A stretch of 55,537 bases of DNA, from the NCBI GenBank assembly GCA_036500445.1, contig DASYCA010000143.1, forward strand, positions 1 through 55,537, given 5' to 3'. The stretch is from Burkholderiaceae bacterium (GTDB taxonomy: Bacteria > Pseudomonadota > Gammaproteobacteria > Burkholderiales > Burkholderiaceae_C). The position numbers were made by a program, and so were the translations under genes. The notes beneath the pieces are model-generated. The model was not told the origin of the DNA and made no database searches. It saw only the letters and a list, made by a program, of their open reading frames with translations. Positions 47,964 to 55,537 of this stretch are shown piece by piece (within the stretch, counting starts at the first letter, position 1; each line of letters starts with the position of its first letter).

Positions 47964-49511
47964 TCAACGGCCATGGAGGAACAGCGCCGCTGCCCCGAGC
48001 CCGATCAGCACGCCGAACGCGACGGCGATCATCAGGCGCAGCAGGCCGTTGGTGCGGCGTTGCTCGTTCAGCATCGCCTCCAGCGCCCGCTCCTGCGCGC
48101 CGGCGCGCGGCTGCAAGGCCTGGTGCAGCAGCCGCGGCAGCTCGGGCAGCAGCTGGACGTAGCGCGGCGCCTCGTTCTTCAGCCGCTCGATCAGCCCCTT
48201 GAAACCGACCTGCTGGTTCATCCAGTCCTCGAGAAACGGCTTCGCGGTGTTCCACAGGTCGAGCTCGGGGTCGAGCTGGCGGCCGAGCCCTTCGACATTG
48301 AGCAGCGTCTTTTGCAGCAGCACCAGCTGCGGCTGGATCTCGACATTGAAACGGCGCGAGGTCTGGAACAGCCGCAGCAGCACCTGGCCGAGCGAGATGT
48401 CTTTCAGCGGGCGGTCGAAATGCGGCTCGCAGACGGCGCGGATCGCGCCTTCGAGCTCGTCGACGCGGGTGTGCGGCGGCACCCAGCCGCTCTCGACGTG
48501 CAGCTCGGCGACGCGCTTGTAGTCGCGCCGGAAGAACGCGATGAAGTTCTGCGCGAGGTATTCCTTGTCGAACTCGGTCAGCGTGCCGACGATGCCGAAG
48601 TCGAGCGCGATGTAGCGCCCGAAGCTCGCCGGATCGGTGCTGACCTGGATGTTGCCCGGGTGCATGTCGGCGTGGAAAAAGCCGTCGCGAAACACCTGGG
48701 TGAAAAAGATCGTGACGCCGTCGCGCGCGAGCTTCGGGATGTCGACACCGGCGTCGCGCAGGCGCTGGACCTGGCTGATCGGCAGGCCCTTCATGCGCTC
48801 CATCACGATCACGCTCTGGGTGCACAGGTCCCAGACCATCTCGGGCACCAGCACCAGGCCCAGGCCCTGCATGTTGCGGCGCAGCTGCGCGGCGTTCGCG
48901 GCCTCGCGCACGAGGTCGAGCTCGTCGTGCAGGTAGTTGTCGAACTCGGCCACGACCTCGCGCGGCTTCAGGCGCTTGCCGTCGGCGCTCAGCCGCTCGA
49001 CCCAGCGCGCCAGCGTGCGCATCAGCGAGAGGTCGTCGTCGATCACGTCGAGCATGCCGGGCCGCAGGACCTTCACCGCGACCTCGCGCCCGCCCTTGAG
49101 CACCGCGAAGTGGACCTGCGCGATCGAGGCGCTGGCGACCGGCTCGGCCTCGAAGCTCTCGAAGATCGAATCGATCGGCCGGCCGAAGGCCTGCTCCACG
49201 AGCTGGCGGGCCAGCGCGGCCGGAAACGGCGGCACGCGATCCTGCAGCTTCGCGAGCTCTTCGGCGAAGTCGGCCGGCAGCAGGTCGCGCCGCGTCGACA
49301 GCACCTGGCCGAATTTCACGAAGATCGGGCCGAGCCGCTCCAGCCCCAGCCGCAGCCGCTCGCCGCGCGGGGCGTCGAGCGAGCGCCCGAGCGTCATCAG
49401 CCGCACCAGCAGCCGCACCCAGGGCTGGCGGAAGCTGGAGAGCGCCAGCTCGTCCAGCCCGTAGCGCAGAACCGTGATCGAGATGAAGATCAGCCTGGCG
49501 AGATGCCTCAT
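47964..49511 (-). CDS. ubiB: Ubiquinone biosynthesis kinase-like protein UbiB
   Basis: [37 protein letters not shown]; true start MRHLAR. Confidence 0.95.
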   Translation of the reverse strand: MRHLARLIFISITVLRYGLDELALSSFRQPWVRLLVRLMTLGRSLDAPRGERLRLGLERLGPIFVKFGQVLSTRRDLLPADFAEELAKLQDRVPPFPAALARQLVEQAFGRPIDSIFESFEAEPVASASIAQVHFAVLKGGREVAVKVLRPGMLDVIDDDLSLMRTLARWVERLSADGKRLKPREVVAEFDNYLHDELDLVREAANAAQLRRNMQGLGLVLVPEMVWDLCTQSVIVMERMKGLPISQVQRLRDAGVDIPKLARDGVTIFFTQVFRDGFFHADMHPGNIQVSTDPASFGRYIALDFGIVGTLTEFDKEYLAQNFIAFFRRDYKRVAELHVESGWVPPHTRVDELEGAIRAVCEPHFDRPLKDISLGQVLLRLFQTSRRFNVEIQPQLVLLQKTLLNVEGLGRQLDPELDLWNTAKPFLEDWMNQQVGFKGLIERLKNEAPRYVQLLPELPRLLHQALQPRAGAQERALEAMLNEQRRTNGLLRLMIAVAFGVLIGLGAAALFLHGR

Positions 49512-50041
49512 TTCGACGCTGAACCGGAACCCCGCGAGACGAGGCCGTCGACCGTGCGGATCAACGCCCGAACCCCGGCCGCGATGCCGCCCGCCACGCG
49601 CGCGATCTCGCGCGCCGGGGCCTGGCCGACGACGCGGGCGAGATCGTCCTGCACGTCCCAGCGCAGGTTGTCGAACAGCCAGTTCAGGTCGGACGCGAAG
49701 GCGGCGTCGCCGGAGACGTCGACCTTCGGCCGCACCCCCATCAGCGCCTGCGAGAGCGCCAGCGCCGGGTTCGAGGCGTCGATACGCACATGCAGATCGG
49801 GCTCGGCCGGGTCGCCCGGCTCGCACCATTCGATCAGCCCGGCCCGCGTGACGCGAAAGCGCGTGGCCGGCAGCGCCGGCAGCAGCGTCGGCCAGCCGTC
49901 GAAGCTCAGCGCGATGCAGCGCCCGGCGTGCGCCGCCAGCTTGCGCGCGGCGAGCGGCTCGGCGCTCAGGACGTGGTTGACCAGCAGCGTCAGGCGCTCC
50001 ATGACCGCTTTGCTGAACAATATATTGAGTTCGTGGAACAT
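49508..50041 (-). CDS. ubiJ: UbiJ-like (SCP2-fold) protein
   Basis: [11 protein letters not shown] motif; overlaps the ubiB start. Confidence 0.75.
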   Translation of the reverse strand: MFHELNILFSKAVMERLTLLVNHVLSAEPLAARKLAAHAGRCIALSFDGWPTLLPALPATRFRVTRAGLIEWCEPGDPAEPDLHVRIDASNPALALSQALMGVRPKVDVSGDAAFASDLNWLFDNLRWDVQDDLARVVGQAPAREIARVAGGIAAGVRALIRTVDGLVSRGSGSASK

Positions 50042-50228
50042 GCACGGATTGTAGGCACGCAGATGAAGGTCGTACCCCGTGTTCGAGGGCAGAAGAGTTT
50101 GCAATTTGAAGGAGAATTTGCTCGATACTTTGACGCGACGGCATCGGGGCCCGCCGGCCTTCGATGGCGGCTCGCATGCCGCGCCGAGGGCTCCACAATC
50201 CGCAGCTGGCGCGTACCCACACTGACCC

Positions 50229-51623
50229 ATGTTCGAAGACCCCACTTACAAGAGAACGTTCTACAGCGCACCGCAATCCGTCACCTCGCTGGTGGCGGCG
50301 CTGCTCGAGCCCAGCATCATGGTGCTGACCTTCTTGTTCGCGACGGTGTATTCCGGCGCGCCGGTCGATCGGCCGGCGCTGACGCTGTGCCTGCTGGTGT
50401 TTGCGCTGACATTTCCGGGCCGCAACCGCTTCCGCGACAACCTGATCGCCGCCGGGGTCGACATCCTCTCGTCGTGGATCACGCTGATCGCGATCCTCGG
50501 CCTGTGCGGCTACGCGACGCGCAGCCTGCACTACTTCCACAACGACGCGCTGCCCGGCTGGCTGATCGCCACACCGATCCTGCAGTGGGTCGCGGTGTGG
50601 ATCGGCAAGTCGATCGTGCAGCGCCTGTCGGCCCAGCCCTCGGCACGCCGCACCGCGGTCGTGATCGGCGCGGGGCAGCTCGGCGTCAAGGTCGCGAAGG
50701 CGATCACGCAAAGCGCCGAGCTCGGCGTCGATTTCATCGGCTACTTCGACGACCGCACCGACGACCGCATCGACGCCGAGGCGAACCCGCAATTCCTGGG
50801 CAACCTGAAAAGCGTCGCCGCGTACTGCAACGAGCACCGCGTGCGCGAGATCTACATCACGCTGCCGCTGGGCTCGCAGCCGCGCATCGTCGAGCTGCTG
50901 CAGGACATCCAGGGCACGACCGCCTCGCTCTTCTTCGTGCCGGACGTCTTCGGCATCAGCATCATCCAGGGCCGGCTGCAGGACATGAACGGCGTGCCCG
51001 TCGTCGGCATCTGCGAGACGCCGTTCACCGGCACCAACGACCTCGTCAAGCGCATCAGCGACATCGTGCTCTCCTCGCTGATCCTGCTGCTGATCTCGCC
51101 GATCCTGCTGGCCATCGCGATCGGGGTCAAGCTCAGCTCGCGCGGCCCGGTGATCTTCAAGCAGCGCCGCAACGGCCTGGACGGCAGCGAGATCATCGTC
51201 TACAAGTTCCGCTCGATGACGACGCAGGACAACGGCAGCGTCGTGCGCCAGGCGACCAAGAACGACGCGCGCATCACGCCGTTCGGCGGCTTCCTGCGGC
51301 GCACCTCGCTGGACGAGCTGCCGCAGTTCATCAACGTGCTGCAGGGCCGCATGAGCATCGTCGGGCCGCGCCCGCACGCCGTCGCGCACAACGAGCAGTA
51401 CCGACGCCTGATCAGCGCCTACATGGTGCGCCACAAGGTCAAGCCCGGGATCACCGGCTGGGCGCAGGTCAACGGCTATCGCGGCGAAACCGACACGATC
51501 GACAAGATGCAGGCGCGCGTCGAATACGATCTCGAGTACCTGCGCAACTGGTCGCTGGGGCTGGACCTGCAGATCATCGTGCGAACGATTCGGCTGGTGT
51601 TGTTCGACCGGCACGCTTATTGA
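50229..51623 (+). CDS. wcaJ: Undecaprenyl-phosphate glucose phosphotransferase
   Basis: N-terminal TMs, [29 protein letters not shown]. Confidence 0.9.
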   Translation: MFEDPTYKRTFYSAPQSVTSLVAALLEPSIMVLTFLFATVYSGAPVDRPALTLCLLVFALTFPGRNRFRDNLIAAGVDILSSWITLIAILGLCGYATRSLHYFHNDALPGWLIATPILQWVAVWIGKSIVQRLSAQPSARRTAVVIGAGQLGVKVAKAITQSAELGVDFIGYFDDRTDDRIDAEANPQFLGNLKSVAAYCNEHRVREIYITLPLGSQPRIVELLQDIQGTTASLFFVPDVFGISIIQGRLQDMNGVPVVGICETPFTGTNDLVKRISDIVLSSLILLLISPILLAIAIGVKLSSRGPVIFKQRRNGLDGSEIIVYKFRSMTTQDNGSVVRQATKNDARITPFGGFLRRTSLDELPQFINVLQGRMSIVGPRPHAVAHNEQYRRLISAYMVRHKVKPGITGWAQVNGYRGETDTIDKMQARVEYDLEYLRNWSLGLDLQIIVRTIRLVLFDRHAY

Positions 51624-51713
51624 ATCAGGACGATGCGCGGCGTGCCGCGCACGATCTCCCGCAATAATTCGGGTCGGCAGAGTCGCCGTGAACCCCCTTG
51701 GAGGACACAGAAC

Positions 51714-52991
51714 ATGCAAGCTCCGAAAGCCCAGATCCTCAAATCGCCGCTGCAAAAGCCCTTGGTCGCCGCGATTTTGGCGGCCACCGGCTGCGGGGCG
51801 TTTGCCCAGGAGGCCCCGGCGACGAACTACCTCGGGCTGCGCGAGACCGTCGGGCGCACCTCCAACGTCTTCGTCGTGCCGGACGGCCCGCACGACTATT
51901 TCTACACCACCAGCCTGCTCGGCGGCCTGGACAAGACCTACAGCCGCCAGCGCCTGTATGGCACCGCCGACGTCGACCTGAACCGCTACCACAGCGCGAC
52001 CGCGCTGAACAACACCGGCTACAACGTGAATGGCGGCTGGGACTGGGCGACGATCGAAAAGCTCTCCGGCAGCTTCACCGGCAGCGCGACCAAGAGCCTG
52101 GCCAGCCTGTCCGGCAACGCCAGCATCCCGACGACCGAGCGCAACCTCGCGAAGACGGACCAGCTCGCCGCGATCGTCCGCTGGGGCGGCGAGGGCCTGC
52201 TCTCGCTCGAAGGCAGTTTCGGCCACAGCCGGGTGAGCTACTCGGATCCGGCCTACATCACCCAGGAATCCTCGGCCGACACCAGCAGCCTCGGCGGCTT
52301 CTACCGCGTCGGGCCCACGCTGCGCCTGGGCCTGGCGGGCCGCTTCACGCGGGTGTACCAGCCCAACGCCGCGCCGGTCGCGGGCGGCGGCGGCTTCCAG
52401 TCCGAAACCACCGACGGCAAGAACCTGGACTTGACCGCCGACTGGCAGTACAGCGTCCAGACCAACGTGAACGCACGCCTGAGCTACACGAAGCAGACCT
52501 TCTCGGGCTCCACCTCGGGTGACGGCTTCTCCGGGCTGACCGGGGCGATCTACGCCAACTACCAGCCGACCGGCAAGCTCTTTTTCAGCGCCGCGCTGCT
52601 GCGCGACGCCGGCATCAACGCGACCTTCTTCAACGTGATCGGCGCGCCGACGACGACCACCGGCCCGACCACGTCGACGGTCTCGCTGTCCGAGAACAGC
52701 CAGGTCACGAACACCGGCGTGCTGGGCCTGCGCTACCTCGCGACCGCGAAGATCGCCGGGACGCTGGGCTACCAGTACCGCAACTCGAAGACGGACGCCG
52801 CGGACGGCACCACCACCGGCACCCAGAACGACAAGCTGCAGACCGTGTCGCTGGGGCTGACCTACGACTTCGACCGCAACTGGCAACTGGCCTGCAACTA
52901 CTCGCACCAGAACCGAGACGTCTCGGGCGTCGGGCCGTTCACCTACATCGTCAACATGACCAGCTGCTCGGCGCAGTTCCTGCTGCGATGA
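51714..52991 (+). CDS. EPS-associated outer-membrane beta-barrel protein
   Basis: GGAGG RBS, signal peptide ending AFA, alternating aromatic strands; location in the EPS locus. Confidence 0.75.
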   Translation: MQAPKAQILKSPLQKPLVAAILAATGCGAFAQEAPATNYLGLRETVGRTSNVFVVPDGPHDYFYTTSLLGGLDKTYSRQRLYGTADVDLNRYHSATALNNTGYNVNGGWDWATIEKLSGSFTGSATKSLASLSGNASIPTTERNLAKTDQLAAIVRWGGEGLLSLEGSFGHSRVSYSDPAYITQESSADTSSLGGFYRVGPTLRLGLAGRFTRVYQPNAAPVAGGGGFQSETTDGKNLDLTADWQYSVQTNVNARLSYTKQTFSGSTSGDGFSGLTGAIYANYQPTGKLFFSAALLRDAGINATFFNVIGAPTTTTGPTTSTVSLSENSQVTNTGVLGLRYLATAKIAGTLGYQYRNSKTDAADGTTTGTQNDKLQTVSLGLTYDFDRNWQLACNYSHQNRDVSGVGPFTYIVNMTSCSAQFLLR

Positions 52992-54034
52992 CGAACCCGG
53001 CGCGCATTCTCCTGACCGGGGCGACCGGCTACATCGGCTCGCACACCTGGTTGAGTCTGCTCGCCGCAGGGTACCGCGTCGTCGGCGTCGACGACTTCTC
53101 CAACAGCTCGCCGGCGGTGCTGGAGCGGCTCCAGCGCCTGGCCGGGGTCGTGCCCGAATTCGTCCGCGCGAACGTCTGCGACGGCGCGGCGATGGACGCC
53201 CTGTTTGCGCGCGAGCGCATCGACGCGGTCGTCCATTTCGCCGCGTTCAAGGCGGTCGGCGAGAGCGCGGCCAAGCCGCTGGCCTATTACGCGAACAACC
53301 TCGGCGGCCTGCTCAGCGTGAGCCAGGCGATGGCGCGCCACGGCTGCAAGACCTTCGTGTTCAGCTCGAGCGCGACGGTCTACGGCCGGCCCGAGAGCCT
53401 GCCGATCAAGGAAGACGCCGCGCTGTCGGCGACCAACCCCTACGGCGCGACCAAGCTGATGGGCGAGAACATCCTGCGCGACGCGGGGCGCGCCGACCCG
53501 GCGCTGGCGATCGCGCTGCTGCGTTACTTCAACCCCGCGGGCGCGCACGAGAGCGGCCTGATCGGCGAAGACCCGCGCGACGTCCCGAACAACCTGATGC
53601 CGTACGTGACCCAGGTGGCGGTCGGCAAGCGCGCGCGGCTGCAGGTCTTCGGCAACGACTACGCGACGCCGGACGGCACCGGCGTGCGCGACTACGTCCA
53701 CGTGCTGGACCTGGCCGCCGGCCACGTCGACGCGCTGCGCTACCTGCTGGACACCCGGGCGTCGGTCACCGCCAACCTCGGCACCGGGCGCGGCCACAGC
53801 GTGCTGGAGCTCGTCCAGGCGTTCGAGCGCGCGAGCGGGCGGCCGATCCCGGTCGAAATCGTGGGCCGCCGGCCCGGCGACATCGACGCCTGCTACGCCG
53901 ATGCGACGCGCGCGCACGAGCTCTTCGGCTGGCGCGCGGCGCGCGACCTCGACGCGATGTGCGCCGACAGCTGGCGCTGGCAGCGCATGAACCCTGCCGG
54001 CCTCGCGGGCGACCCGGCGCCGCCGGCGACCTGA
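52988..54034 (+). CDS. galE: UDP-glucose 4-epimerase
   Basis: [37 protein letters not shown]. Confidence 0.95.
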   Translation: MTNPARILLTGATGYIGSHTWLSLLAAGYRVVGVDDFSNSSPAVLERLQRLAGVVPEFVRANVCDGAAMDALFARERIDAVVHFAAFKAVGESAAKPLAYYANNLGGLLSVSQAMARHGCKTFVFSSSATVYGRPESLPIKEDAALSATNPYGATKLMGENILRDAGRADPALAIALLRYFNPAGAHESGLIGEDPRDVPNNLMPYVTQVAVGKRARLQVFGNDYATPDGTGVRDYVHVLDLAAGHVDALRYLLDTRASVTANLGTGRGHSVLELVQAFERASGRPIPVEIVGRRPGDIDACYADATRAHELFGWRAARDLDAMCADSWRWQRMNPAGLAGDPAPPAT

Positions 54035-54062
54035 AGAATCCTCGATAGCCAACCTTTCCCCC

Positions 54063-55523
54063 ATGAAAATCCAACCGATCATCCTCGCCGGCGGCAGTGG
54101 CACCCGGCTGTGGCCGCTGTCGCGCGCTCAGTACCCAAAGCAGTTCCTGGTGCTGCAGGGCGACCGCAGCCTGTTCCAGCAAGCGGTGCAGCGCCTGTCG
54201 TCGCCGACCGCGGCCGATGTCGAGGTCGCGCCGCCTTGCGTGGTGGGCAATGACCAGCACCGCTTCCTGATCCTGGACCAGTTGCGCGAGCTCGCGCTCG
54301 CGCCGGCCTCGGTGCTGCTCGAGCCGGTCGGGCGCAACACCGCGCCGGCGATGACCCTGGCCGCGCTGCATGCCGTCGAGGCCGGTGACGACCCGATCCT
54401 GGTCGTCGGCCCCGCCGACCAGACGGCGACCGACGAAGCCGCGTTCACCGCCGCGCTGCAGCGCGCCGTGCGGGCCGCAGCCGATGGCGCGATCGTGATC
54501 CTGGGCATCACGCCGGACCGCCCCGAGACCGGCTTCGGCTACATCCGCAGCACCGACGCGCCCGATGCGCTCGGCGCCGAGCGGGTCGCCGAGTTCGTCG
54601 AGAAGCCCGACCTCGCGACCGCGCAGCGCTACCTCGCAGACGGCCATTACTACTGGAACAGCGGGCTGTTCGTCGTGCGCGCGTCGGTGTGGCTGGCGGC
54701 GATCGAGCGGTTTCGGCCCGACATCGCGAGCGCCTCGCGCCAGGCCTGGGCCACCCGGACGACCGACGGCAGCTTCATCCGCCCCGACAAGGACGCCTTC
54801 GCGGCGATTCCGAGCGAGTCGATCGACTACGCGGTGATGGAAAAATGCCCGGCCGCCGCCGCCGGCGGCGGCGCGAACCGCTTCGACATCCGGATGGTTC
54901 GGCTGGCGGCCGGCTGGTCCGACCTCGGGGCCTGGGACGCCGTCTGGCAGGTCAGCCCGAAGGACGCCGACGGCAATGCCAGCGTCGGCGACGCGATGAT
55001 CAACAAGAGCCGGAACACGCTGGTTCACGCGACCAGCCGGCTCGTCGGCGTGGTCGGCCTGAGCGACGTCATCGTCGTCGAGACGCCGGACGCGGTGCTC
55101 GTCGCCGATCGGGCGCAAAGCCAGAACGTGCGCCAGCTGGTCGACCACCTGCACCAGGCCAAGCGCACCGAGCACACGCTGCACCGGCAGGTGCACCGGC
55201 CCTGGGGCTGGTACGACAGCATCGACTCGGGCCCGCGCTTCCAGGTCAAGCGCATCATGGTCAAGCCGGGTGCGAGCCTGAGCCTGCAGATGCATCACCA
55301 CCGCGCCGAGCACTGGATCGTCGTCAGCGGGACGGCCGAGGTCACCAACGGCGACCAGGTCATCCTGCTGACCGAGAACCAGAGCACCTACATCCCGCTG
55401 GGCACCACGCACCGCCTGTCGAACCCGGGCAAGGTGCCGCTCGAAATCATCGAGGTGCAGTCGGGCAGCTACCTGGGCGAGGATGACATCGTTCGGTTCG
55501 AGGACACCTACGGGCGGCATTGA
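54063..55523 (+). CDS. manC: Mannose-1-phosphate guanylyltransferase / mannose-6-phosphate isomerase
   Basis: LAGGSGTRLWPLSR..YPKQF, FVEKP, WNSG, RPWG, HHHRAEHW. Confidence 0.95.
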   Translation: MKIQPIILAGGSGTRLWPLSRAQYPKQFLVLQGDRSLFQQAVQRLSSPTAADVEVAPPCVVGNDQHRFLILDQLRELALAPASVLLEPVGRNTAPAMTLAALHAVEAGDDPILVVGPADQTATDEAAFTAALQRAVRAAADGAIVILGITPDRPETGFGYIRSTDAPDALGAERVAEFVEKPDLATAQRYLADGHYYWNSGLFVVRASVWLAAIERFRPDIASASRQAWATRTTDGSFIRPDKDAFAAIPSESIDYAVMEKCPAAAAGGGANRFDIRMVRLAAGWSDLGAWDAVWQVSPKDADGNASVGDAMINKSRNTLVHATSRLVGVVGLSDVIVVETPDAVLVADRAQSQNVRQLVDHLHQAKRTEHTLHRQVHRPWGWYDSIDSGPRFQVKRIMVKPGASLSLQMHHHRAEHWIVVSGTAEVTNGDQVILLTENQSTYIPLGTTHRLSNPGKVPLEIIEVQSGSYLGEDDIVRFEDTYGRH

Positions 55524-55537
55524 CGGAACGCGCCCGG

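Noticed and set aside
47964-52907. 1647-aa minus-strand ORF
   Set aside because: Only the last ~515 aa are UbiB; the rest overlaps ubiJ in another frame and is the stop-poor antisense shadow of wcaJ and the barrel gene
1-55537. CRISPR arrays, tRNA/rRNA, prophage or anti-phage defence genes
   Set aside because: No repeat-spacer periodicity, RNA-gene signatures or recognisable phage/defence proteins seen by eye

Overview
High-GC betaproteobacterial chromosome segment; gene content and order suggest Burkholderiales, probably Rubrivivax/Piscinibacter-like (inference). In order it holds: xylB-xylA; a small secreted protein; an orphan TctD/TctE-like two-component pair; and a ~12 kb phosphate-starvation/polyphosphate block. 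That block encodes CYTH-CHAD, an OlsB-like N-acyltransferase, an unannotated 40-aa membrane peptide, an M14 peptidase plus alpha/beta hydrolase, a histone-like/RHH-like protein, a DUF2252 kinase-like protein, PPK2, Pit, a PlcP-like phosphoesterase and CorA/ZntB. Five of its intergenic regions carry 11-bp-phased GTCA(C/T) PHO-box-like repeats, and it contains a foreign-looking GreA/GreB-family gene bracketed by 37-bp inverted repeats. Next come TetR plus a probable (R)-amine transaminase; a TetR-controlled SDR / saccharopine-dehydrogenase-like / acyl-CoA ligase / SCP2-thiolase catabolic operon; ctpA-moeB; GntR plus a catalytically degenerate inositol monophosphatase; a 25-bp hairpin; LOG and arginase; and a type IV minor-pilin cluster whose PilY1 carries an L-type lectin-like domain. 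The right end has DUF429, asparaginase II, an ATP-dependent ligase plus MBL exonuclease, the core ubiJ-ubiB-fmdB-DUF502-aspS-nudB-EEP-clsB run, and the start of an exopolysaccharide locus (wcaJ-like, OM barrel, galE, manC). No rRNA, tRNA, CRISPR array, transposase or integrase was seen. All calls come from reading motifs by eye; no database searches were run.
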